Positions 15,162 through 22,236 of a DNA stretch of 32,000 nt are shown one piece after another. The stretch is from Azospirillum brasilense (GTDB lineage: Bacteria > Pseudomonadota > Alphaproteobacteria > Azospirillales > Azospirillaceae). The stretch spans positions 411,333 to 443,332 of the forward strand of contig NZ_QOKV01000001.1 in the NCBI RefSeq assembly GCF_008365405.1. The letters are read 5' to 3'. The notes under the pieces were generated by a model. The model was not told the origin of the DNA and did not search any database. It saw nothing but the letters and a program-made list of their open reading frames with translations. The translations under genes and the position numbers were made by a program. The first letter of the stretch is position 1; each line of letters starts with the position of its first letter.

Positions 15162-15353
15162 ATGGCCGAGAAGAAGACCGTCATCGTCACCCAGACCGGC
15201 AGCCCGATCGGTCGTAAGCACGACCAGCGCGAGACGCTGGTCGGTCTGGGTCTCAACAAGCTGCACCGGACCCGCGAACTGGAGGACACTCCGGCCGTGC
15301 GGGGCATGATCGCCAAGGTCGCGCACCTGGTCCGCGTCGAGAACGAGGGCTGA
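15162..15353 (+). CDS. rpmD: 50S ribosomal protein L30
   Basis: [63 protein letters not shown]; ATG at 15162. Confidence 0.98.
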   Translation: MAEKKTVIVTQTGSPIGRKHDQRETLVGLGLNKLHRTRELEDTPAVRGMIAKVAHLVRVENEG

Positions 15354-15357
15354 ACCC

Positions 15358-15843
15358 ATGACGAAGCTGAACGATCTCCGGGACAACCCCGGTGCCCGTA
15401 AGGAGCGCATGCGCGTCGGCCGCGGTATCGGTTCGGGCAAGGGCAAGACCGGCGGCCGTGGCGTCAAGGGTCAGACCTCGCGCACCGGCGTGGCCATCAA
15501 CGGCTTTGAAGGCGGCCAGATGCCCCTTCACCGCCGCCTTCCGAAGCGCGGTTTCCGCAACATCTTCGCGAAGGAATACTCGGTCGTGAACCTGGGCCTG
15601 GTCCAGAAGTTCATCGACGCCGGCAAGCTCGACGCCAGCCAGACCATCGATGCGGTGGCGCTGGAAGCGGCGGGTGTCACCGGCAAGGTGAAGAAGGACG
15701 GCGTCCGTCTTCTGGGCAAGGGCGCCCTGACGACGAAGGTCAGCTTCACCGTGGCCGGCGCCTCCAAGTCGGCTGTGGAAGCGGTCGAGAAGGCGGGTGG
15801 CAGCGTCACGCTGACCGCGTCCGCCGCCGAAGCCGCCGAGTGA
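15358..15843 (+). CDS. rplO: 50S ribosomal protein L15
   Basis: [66 protein letters not shown]. Confidence 0.99.
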   Translation: MTKLNDLRDNPGARKERMRVGRGIGSGKGKTGGRGVKGQTSRTGVAINGFEGGQMPLHRRLPKRGFRNIFAKEYSVVNLGLVQKFIDAGKLDASQTIDAVALEAAGVTGKVKKDGVRLLGKGALTTKVSFTVAGASKSAVEAVEKAGGSVTLTASAAEAAE

Positions 15844-15849
15844 TCGGAA

Positions 15850-15931
15850 GCCCGCGCTTGCGCGCGGGCATCTTCCGGCACTAAATGAAGCGAAGTTGCG
15901 AGGGGCGGCCTGCATCCTGCAGGACCGCCCC
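15850..15931 (+). promoter_or_regulatory. Two strong stem-loops in the rplO-secY gap
   Basis: GCCCGCGC-TTGC-GCGCGGGC (15850-15869); GGGGCGG-CCTGCA-TCC-TGCAGG-A-CCGCCCC (15902-15931). Confidence 0.5.
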
Positions 15932-15961
15932 GTTCGTACATTAGGGACAGGGATACGACCC

Positions 15962-17302
15962 ATGGCATCAGCGGCCGAGCAGCTTGCCGCGAACATTAAT
16001 TTCGGGGCCTTCTCCAAGGCGACCGAGCTGAAGAAGCGGATCTGGTTCACCCTTGGTGCCTTGATCATCTACCGCCTGGGCACCTACATCCCGATTCCGG
16101 GCGTCAACCCGCAGATCCTGGCCGATATTTTCCGGCAGCAGGGCGGGGGCATCCTCGGCATGTTCGACATGCTGGCCGGCGGCGCGCTGCACCGCATGAC
16201 GATCTTCGCGCTCAACATCATGCCGTACATTTCGGCCTCCATCATCGTGCAGCTCCTGACCGCGGTGTCGCCGCAGATGGAAGCGCTGAAGAAGGAGGGC
16301 GAATCGGGCCGCAAGAAGCTGAACCAGTACACCCGCTACGGCACGGTGCTGCTGGCGACCGTGCAGGCCTGGGGCTTGGCGGTGGGGCTCGAGGCGATGA
16401 CCGGCGCATCCGGCGCCGCGGTTCCCGAACCGGGGCTGTTCTTCAAGATCGCCACGGTCATCACCCTGGTCGGCGGCACGATGTTCCTGATGTGGCTGGG
16501 CGAGCAGATCACCGCCCGCGGCATCGGCAACGGCATCTCCCTCATCATCTTCGCCGGCATCGTCGCCGAGCTGCCGCGCGCTCTGGTCAGCACGCTGGAG
16601 CTGGGCCGCACCGGCGCGCTGTCCACGCTGTTCATCGTCTTCCTGCTGCTGATGGCGGTGGGCGTCGTGTTCTTCATCGTGTTCATGGAGCGCGCGCAGC
16701 GCCGTCTGCTGATCCAGTATCCGAAGCGGCAGATGGGCAACCGCGTGTTCGGCGGCGAAGCGTCGCACCTGCCGCTGAAGCTGAACACCTCGGGCGTCAT
16801 CCCGCCGATCTTCGCGTCGTCGCTGCTGCTGCTGCCGCTGACCGCGGTCGGCTTCGCCGGCGGCGAGGGTCCGGAGTGGCTGCAGACCGTCACGCGCTAT
16901 CTGGCGCACGGCACGCCGCTCTACATGATCCTGTATTCCGCGCTGATCATCTTCTTCTGCTTCTTCTATACGGCCATCGTCTTCAACCCGGCGGACACGG
17001 CCGAGAACCTGCGCAAGTATGGCGGCTTCATTCCCGGCATCCGTCCGGGCAAGAACACCGCGGACTACATCGACTACGTGCTGACCCGGTTGACGGTGAT
17101 CGGTTCGGCCTACCTTGTGGCGGTTTGTCTCCTCCCCGAAATCCTGATTTCCCAGCATTCGGTTCCGTTCTATTTTGGCGGCACCAGCCTGCTGATCGTG
17201 GTCACGGTGACGATGGACACGGTCGCGCAGATTCATTCCCATCTGCTGGCCCACCAGTATGAGGGGCTGATTAAAAAAGCGAAGCTTCGGGGGAGAAAGT
17301 AA
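15962..17302 (+). CDS. secY: Preprotein translocase subunit SecY
   Basis: TELKKRIWFTLGALIIYRLGTYIPIPGVNPQILADIF...GIGNGISLIIFAGIVAELP...PGIRPGKNTADYIDYVLTRLTVIGSAYLVAVCLLPE; ATG at 15962. Confidence 0.98.
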   Translation: MASAAEQLAANINFGAFSKATELKKRIWFTLGALIIYRLGTYIPIPGVNPQILADIFRQQGGGILGMFDMLAGGALHRMTIFALNIMPYISASIIVQLLTAVSPQMEALKKEGESGRKKLNQYTRYGTVLLATVQAWGLAVGLEAMTGASGAAVPEPGLFFKIATVITLVGGTMFLMWLGEQITARGIGNGISLIIFAGIVAELPRALVSTLELGRTGALSTLFIVFLLLMAVGVVFFIVFMERAQRRLLIQYPKRQMGNRVFGGEASHLPLKLNTSGVIPPIFASSLLLLPLTAVGFAGGEGPEWLQTVTRYLAHGTPLYMILYSALIIFFCFFYTAIVFNPADTAENLRKYGGFIPGIRPGKNTADYIDYVLTRLTVIGSAYLVAVCLLPEILISQHSVPFYFGGTSLLIVVTVTMDTVAQIHSHLLAHQYEGLIKKAKLRGRK

Positions 17303-17949
17303 TGAATCTCATTCTGCTCGGACCGCCGGGCGCCGGGAAGGGGACCCAGGCGCGGCGTCTCGAAGACACGCGCGGACTCGTCCAGCTTTCGACGGGCGAT
17401 ATGCTCCGCGCGATGGTCGCCGAGGGTGGTCCGCTTGGGCAGCAGGCGAAGGACATCATGTCCGCCGGCAAATTGATGCCGGACGAGCTGATGGTCAAAA
17501 TCATCGCTGAGCGCATTTCCAAGCCGGATGTCGCCAACGGCTTCATCCTCGATGGTTTCCCGCGCACGGTCGCCCAGGCCGAGGCGCTGGACACCATGCT
17601 GTCGGACAAGGGGCTGAAGCTCGATCACGTGATCGAGATGAAGGTCGTGGACGACATCCTGGTGGAGCGCATCACCGGTCGTTACACCTGCGCCAAGTGC
17701 GGCAAGGGCTACCACGACGTCTTCGAGAAGCCGAAGGTCGATGGCGTCTGCGATGTCTGCGGCAGCACGGATTTCAAGCGCCGGGCCGACGACAACGCGG
17801 ACACGGTGAAGACCCGCCTCGCCCAGTATCACGAGCAGACCGCGCCGATCCTGCCCTACTATCAGAGCCGAGGCGTTCTGAAGACGGTGGACGGCATGGC
17901 CGAGATCGACGACGTGACGAAACAGATCGAGGGCATCCTGGCCGCCTGA
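17302..17949 (+). CDS. adk: Adenylate kinase with Cys4-type LID
   Basis: MNLILLGPPGAGKGTQARRLEDTRGLVQLSTGDMLRAMVAEG...FPRTVAQAEALD...YTCAKCGKGYHDVFEKP...VCDVCGSTDFKRRADDN; overlaps secY stop. Confidence 0.98.
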   Translation: MNLILLGPPGAGKGTQARRLEDTRGLVQLSTGDMLRAMVAEGGPLGQQAKDIMSAGKLMPDELMVKIIAERISKPDVANGFILDGFPRTVAQAEALDTMLSDKGLKLDHVIEMKVVDDILVERITGRYTCAKCGKGYHDVFEKPKVDGVCDVCGSTDFKRRADDNADTVKTRLAQYHEQTAPILPYYQSRGVLKTVDGMAEIDDVTKQIEGILAA

Positions 17950-17976
17950 CCAGGATCGTCGTGATCGACTGAAAAG

Positions 17977-18013
17977 AAAAGCCGCGAGGATCTTCGGATC
18001 CTTGCGGCTTTTT
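17977..18013. terminator. Bidirectional intrinsic terminator (adk / convergent GntR gene)
   Basis: AAAA-GCCGCGAGGATC-TTCG-GATCCTTGCGGC-TTTTT: 12-nt arms with one G-T apposition, TTCG loop; A-tract and T-tract on opposite sides. Confidence 0.9.
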
Positions 18014-18072
18014 CTATGCTGTGACGCTGAGGCGGGGAGGGTGGTCCTCCTCCCCAAAGGCGCCGCCCCTCT

Positions 18073-18849
18073 TTACGGAGCGGCGTCGGTGTCGGGGCGC
18101 GAGAGGTCTTCCGCCTTCCGGCTCAGATCGTTGTAACGGTCGAGCACCCAGCCGAGGTGATCCGTGGCCGCAATGGCGGCGGCATCGGCGTCGCGGCGCC
18201 TGATGGCGTCGTAGATGGCGCGGTGATGGTCGATCATCAGCGCCTCGCGGCCCAGCGCGAAGGGCTCGGTGTGGTGATACTCCATCATTTGGCCGAGGAT
18301 GTCGCGGATGGTCGCCAGCAGGTGCAGATAGACCGGGCTCCCGGCCGCCTGGGCGACGGCGAGGTGAAAGTCCATATCGTCAGCGGCCTGCTTGCCGTCG
18401 CGGCCCGTCTCGCCCATCGCGGCGAGGACCCGCCCGATGTGGTCGATCTGCTCCTGGGTCGCGCGTTCGGTGGCGCGCCGGGCCGCCCAGCTTTCCAGGG
18501 CCTGCCGGATCTCCACGAGGTCGCAGAGGTTGGCGTGCTTCACGCGGACCATCTCGGTCAGTGCGCCGTCCATGGCGCCCGCGGAGGACACCACACGCGT
18601 GCCGCCGCCCTGGACGGCGGTCAGGAAGCCCTGCGTCTTCAACTTTTGCAGGGCCGCGCGCACCGACACCCGGCTGACGTGGAGCTGCTCCGCAAGCTGG
18701 CGCTCGCCGGGCAGGCGCTCTCCCGGAACGAGTTCGCCGCGGGCGATCCGTTCGAGAATCCGCTCCGCCACCCATTCGGAAATGCGCTGAGAGGAGGCCG
18801 GTACGTGGTGGGGTTCTTCGGTGTCGGACACGGTGGCATGCCCTTTCAT
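18073..18849 (-). CDS. GntR family transcriptional regulator, FadR-type (FCD domain)
   Basis: ISEWVAERILERIARGELVPGERLPGERQLAEQLHVSRVSVRAALQKLKTQGFLTAVQGGGTRV (wHTH) plus all-helical FCD-like C-terminus. Start uncertain (TTG 18855, ATG 18849 or GTG 18831). Confidence 0.93.
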   Translation of the reverse strand: MKGHATVSDTEEPHHVPASSQRISEWVAERILERIARGELVPGERLPGERQLAEQLHVSRVSVRAALQKLKTQGFLTAVQGGGTRVVSSAGAMDGALTEMVRVKHANLCDLVEIRQALESWAARRATERATQEQIDHIGRVLAAMGETGRDGKQAADDMDFHLAVAQAAGSPVYLHLLATIRDILGQMMEYHHTEPFALGREALMIDHHRAIYDAIRRRDADAAAIAATDHLGWVLDRYNDLSRKAEDLSRPDTDAAP

Positions 18850-18869
18850 CAGCAATCGGTCATAGGTCG

Positions 18870-18884
18870 TACCCGAGTCGGGTA
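18870..18884. promoter_or_regulatory. Candidate operator in the GntR gene promoter
   Basis: Perfect 7-1-7 palindrome TACCCGA-G-TCGGGTA, overlapping the region downstream of a minus-strand TTGACG (18890-18895). Confidence 0.55.
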
Positions 18885-18940
18885 AATCACGTCAACTCGC
18901 ATCCGGACGGCGGCGTATGGCCGGCGTCACCGGCGGCGTT

Positions 18941-19855
18941 TCATCGACTCCCGCGGCGGGCCATCAGGATGCCGGCCAACACCACGGCGCCGCCCATTGC
19001 CTGGAGAATGCCGAGCGGCTCGGCGAGCAGCGCCCAGGCGAGCACCGCCGCCGCCGCCGGCTGAAGCAGCAGGCTGACGGAGGAAAAGGCGGCGGGCAGA
19101 TGGGCCAGCGCATAGGCGATCAGGCTCTGGCCACCGGCATGGCTGACCAGGGCGAGCCCCAGCAGCACGGCCCAGCCACCGAGCGATCCGGCGATCAGGC
19201 TCTCCCCCGACAGCAGGGCGATGGGCAGCAGGGCGAGGCCGGTGACGACCCCGCTCCAGGTCATGATGGTGGCCGTGGAGAACTCCGCCCGCAGCCGCCC
19301 CACCGCCAGGATGTAGCCGCCGTAGAAGACCGCGGTCAGCAGCCCAAGGGCGTCGCCGAACAGGTGGTCCGGGCTCAGCTTCAGGCTCTGCCCCATCAGC
19401 ACGACGGCGCCGCACAGCGCCAGCCCGAGCCCCGTCAGGAAGGTCCGGCTGAACCGCTCCTTGAACACCAGCCAGGACACCAACGTCACGAAGATCGGCG
19501 CGAAGTTCGCGAGCAGCGTGGAGTTGGCGACGGAGGTGTAGCGAATCGACCAGTGCCAGATGGCGAGGTCGCCGGCGAAGAACAGGCCCGCCGCGGTCAG
19601 CCGGGCGTAGTCGGACAGCGACGAAGGCTTGCGCGACCGCGCGCCCCCCTTCGGCTCCACCGCCATCCAGACCCACAGAGCGGGGATGGCGAAGGCGAGC
19701 CGCCAGAAGGCGGTGGCGCTCGGCCCCAGTTCGGAGAGGCGCACGAAGATCGGGGCGAAGGCAATCCCCAGCGCCCCGGTCAGAAGGGCGATCAGCGCGA
19801 TCCGCTGCGCCGAGTCGGCGCGCGCGGCGGGGGCGAGGGTGCTGGCGTCCGGCAT
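18941..19855 (-). CDS. EamA/DMT superfamily transporter
   Basis: About ten hydrophobic segments; FRLAFAIPALWVWMA, SVANSTLLANFAPIFVTLVSWLVFKERFSRTFLTGLGLALCGAVVLM repeat organisation. Start ATG 19855 chosen; upstream in-frame start possible (19882). Confidence 0.92.
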   Translation of the reverse strand: MPDASTLAPAARADSAQRIALIALLTGALGIAFAPIFVRLSELGPSATAFWRLAFAIPALWVWMAVEPKGGARSRKPSSLSDYARLTAAGLFFAGDLAIWHWSIRYTSVANSTLLANFAPIFVTLVSWLVFKERFSRTFLTGLGLALCGAVVLMGQSLKLSPDHLFGDALGLLTAVFYGGYILAVGRLRAEFSTATIMTWSGVVTGLALLPIALLSGESLIAGSLGGWAVLLGLALVSHAGGQSLIAYALAHLPAAFSSVSLLLQPAAAAVLAWALLAEPLGILQAMGGAVVLAGILMARRGSR

Positions 19856-19856
19856 G

Positions 19857-19876
19857 GCGTCCGTTATAACGGACGC
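19857..19876. promoter_or_regulatory. Perfect 20-bp palindrome adjacent to the EamA transporter start codon
   Basis: GCGTCCGTTA|TAACGGACGC is its own reverse complement. Confidence 0.5.
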
Positions 19877-20041
19877 ACCCACTGGGCGCCACGGGCGCCT
19901 GCCGCATGGCTCATCTGCGGAAGGCCCGAACTGTGGGACATTGCCGCTCCGTTGGGATCATCCGCGCCGCCGGGCCGTTGCCTTGGGAACCAGCCGGCGG
20001 GAACTTCCGCTGCGACCGAGACCCTGCAATACTGTGCCATC

Positions 20042-20914
20042 ATGACGCAGCGATCCCCCTGCAAGCCCGCCGAACACCCCCGACCGGTGACCCTGCCGTC
20101 GCCGCCCCGTGCGGCGCCCGCCGCGCCGCTGCTGGGTCCTGACGACCCGCCGCCGGTCACCGTGCTGCGCCCGGAGTCGGACAGCCCGGTCCTGCTGCTG
20201 TGCGACCACGCCGCGCGGGCCATTCCGAAGGCGCTGGGGACGCTGGGGTTGGACGAGGCGAACCTGTGTCGGCACATCGCCTACGACATCGGCGCGGCGG
20301 AGGTGACACGGCGGCTGTCGGAGCGGTTCGGCGCGGCGGCGGTGCTGTCCGGCTATTCCCGGCTGGTGATCGACCCGAACCGCGCGCTGGACGATCCCAC
20401 GGCGATCCCGGTGGTCAGCGACGACGTGGTAATTCCCGGCAACCGGGCCCTGGACCGGGCGGAGGAGGAGCGCCGGGTCAACGCCATCTTCCGGCCCTAT
20501 CACAAGGCCGTCGCCGCCGAGGTCGCCCGGCGTCGGGAGCGCGGGCAGGTGCCGGTGCTGCTGTCGATCCACAGCTTCACGCCCGCCATGCGCGGCGTCG
20601 CCCGGCCCTGGCATGTCGGCATCCTGTGGGACCACGACCCGCGCATCCCGATCCCGATGATCGCGCGGCTGCGCGCCGACGGGCGCTGGTGCGTCGGCGA
20701 CAACGAGCCCTACTCGGGCCGGACCACCCTGGGCGGCACGGTGGAAAGCCACGCGACCCCCGCCGGGCTGCCCAACGTCCTGGTCGAGGTGCGCCAGGAC
20801 CTGATCGCCACGGCCGAGGGGGCGGAGCTGTGGGCCACGGTGCTGGGCGACGCGCTGGAGCCGATCCTCGCCGACCCCAATCTCTACCAGATCAAACTGT
20901 TCCCGCGGGAGTGA
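20042..20914 (+). CDS. N-formylglutamate amidohydrolase family protein
   Basis: PVLLLCDHAARAIPKALGTLGLDEANLCRHIAYDIGAAEVTRRLSERFGA...YSRLVIDPNR...SIHSFTPAMRGVARPWHVGILWD...LPNVLVEVRQDLI. Start (MTQRSP) inferred; the track ORF extends upstream to 18917. Confidence 0.88.
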   Translation: MTQRSPCKPAEHPRPVTLPSPPRAAPAAPLLGPDDPPPVTVLRPESDSPVLLLCDHAARAIPKALGTLGLDEANLCRHIAYDIGAAEVTRRLSERFGAAAVLSGYSRLVIDPNRALDDPTAIPVVSDDVVIPGNRALDRAEEERRVNAIFRPYHKAVAAEVARRRERGQVPVLLSIHSFTPAMRGVARPWHVGILWDHDPRIPIPMIARLRADGRWCVGDNEPYSGRTTLGGTVESHATPAGLPNVLVEVRQDLIATAEGAELWATVLGDALEPILADPNLYQIKLFPRE

Positions 20915-20920
20915 GCGTTC

Positions 20921-22051
20921 ATGGAGCCGGCCTTCACGCTGGGGCTTGAGGAAGAGTATCTGCTGGTGGACCGCAGCTCGCGGGACATCGCGCGCAACCC
21001 GCCGGACGAGATGCTGGAGGCGTGCCAGGAGCAGGCGCCGGGCCAGATCCACCCGGAATTCCTGCGCTGCCAGATCGAGGTCGGCACGCCGGTCTGCTCC
21101 ACCCTGGCGGACGCGCGGGCCGAGTTGGCCCGGCTGCGCGCCACGGTGGCCGGGGTGGCGCGCGCCCACAACCTGGCGCCCATCGCGGCCTCCACCCATC
21201 CCTTCGCGGCATGGGAGCCGCAGAAGCACACCAACCGCGACCGCTACAACATGCTCGCCCGTGACCTGGGGGCGCCGGCACGGCGGCTGATGATCTGCGG
21301 CATGCACGTCCATGTCGGGATCGAGGACGACGACCTGCGCATCGACCTGATGAACCAGGTCCGATACTTCCTGCCGCATCTGCTGGCGCTGTCCACCTCC
21401 TCGCCCTTCTGGCGGGGGCAGGACATGCAGCGGAGATCCTACCGGCTGGCGGTGTGGAACGAGCTGCCGCGCACCGGCATGCCCGACAGCTTCCAGAGCT
21501 TCGGCGAGTACCAGCAGCAGGTGAACGTGCTGGTCAACGCCGGGATCATCGAGGACGCGAGCAAGCTGTGGTGGGACATCCGCCCGTCCCAGCGCTTCCC
21601 GACGCTGGAGATGCGGATCACCGACGTCTGCACCCGCCTCGACGACGCGGTGACGGTGGCGGCGCTGTTCCGCTGCCTGCTGCGCATGCTGTGGCGGCTC
21701 CGGTCGAAGAACGTGACGTGGCGGCCCTACAAGAACCTGCTGATCGGCGAGAACCGCTGGCGGGCCCAACGCTACGGCCTCGACGAGGGGCTGGTCGATT
21801 TCGGGCGCGGCACCATCGTTCCCTACGCCGACCTGATGGAGGAGTTGATCGAGCTGACCCGCGAGGACGCGGAGCGATTCGATTGCGTGGCCGAGGTCGC
21901 CAACGCCCGCGACATCATCCGCCGCGGCACCAGCGCCCACCGTCAGGTCGCCATCTACCGCGAGGCGTTGGAGCAGGGCGCCACCGGCTGGGAAGCCCTG
22001 GCCCAAGTGGTCGATTGGCTGGCCGAGGAGACGATGGTTGGGGTGGAGTGA
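20921..22051 (+). CDS. Carboxylate-amine ligase, GCS2/YbdK family
   Basis: TLGLEEEYLLVDRSSRDI...QIEVGTPVC...ASTHPFAAWEPQKHTNRDRYNML...CGMHVHVGIEDDDLRIDLMNQVRYFLPHLLALSTSSPFWRG; 376 aa; 6-bp gap to previous gene. Confidence 0.93.
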   Translation: MEPAFTLGLEEEYLLVDRSSRDIARNPPDEMLEACQEQAPGQIHPEFLRCQIEVGTPVCSTLADARAELARLRATVAGVARAHNLAPIAASTHPFAAWEPQKHTNRDRYNMLARDLGAPARRLMICGMHVHVGIEDDDLRIDLMNQVRYFLPHLLALSTSSPFWRGQDMQRRSYRLAVWNELPRTGMPDSFQSFGEYQQQVNVLVNAGIIEDASKLWWDIRPSQRFPTLEMRITDVCTRLDDAVTVAALFRCLLRMLWRLRSKNVTWRPYKNLLIGENRWRAQRYGLDEGLVDFGRGTIVPYADLMEELIELTREDAERFDCVAEVANARDIIRRGTSAHRQVAIYREALEQGATGWEALAQVVDWLAEETMVGVE

Positions 22052-22052
22052 T

Positions 22053-22236
22053 TTGCTTCGAAGAGTTGCTTCGAAATCCATGGCAACTTTCGGAAAGCCA
22101 CTACTTGACCTTTGCGTCATCCAGCCATACCCTCGCCGCAAATCAGCTCACCGAGTTGAGCAGGGCAGGCAAAAAACGAAGCAGCAGAGGGCCGCTCGCA
22201 CCACGGGCGGCCCTTACCTTTTTCAGGGGGAAGGGA
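22053..22236 (+). promoter_or_regulatory. Structured leader/promoter region upstream of the sulfhydrylase-like gene
   Basis: TTGCTTCGAA direct repeat (22053-22062, 22066-22075); TTGACC-N17-TACCCT (22105-22133); hairpin GGGCCGC...GCGGCCC (22189-22213) then TTACCTTTTT. Confidence 0.45.

Noticed and set aside
15968-17254. 428-aa antisense ORF opposite secY
   Set aside because: Mirror ORF of SecY with low-complexity hydrophilic sequence and no family resemblance.
18034-18055. GGGGAGG...CCTCCCC inverted repeat downstream of the GntR gene
   Set aside because: Low-complexity purine/pyrimidine arms without a T-run; the 17977-18013 terminator already explains this boundary.
18917-20041. N-terminal half of the 665-aa plus-strand ORF upstream of the amidohydrolase
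   Set aside because: Overlaps the EamA transporter in antisense and has no domain-like sequence; the real start is more likely 20042.
19958-22141. 727-aa antisense ORF across the amidohydrolase and ligase genes
   Set aside because: Spans two well-supported plus-strand genes; codon-composition artefact.
22111-22236. SAM-II riboswitch before the sulfhydrylase-like gene
   Set aside because: Expected from family context, but I could not find the conserved SAM-II core or its 3' pairing segment by eye; kept only as an unassigned structured leader.
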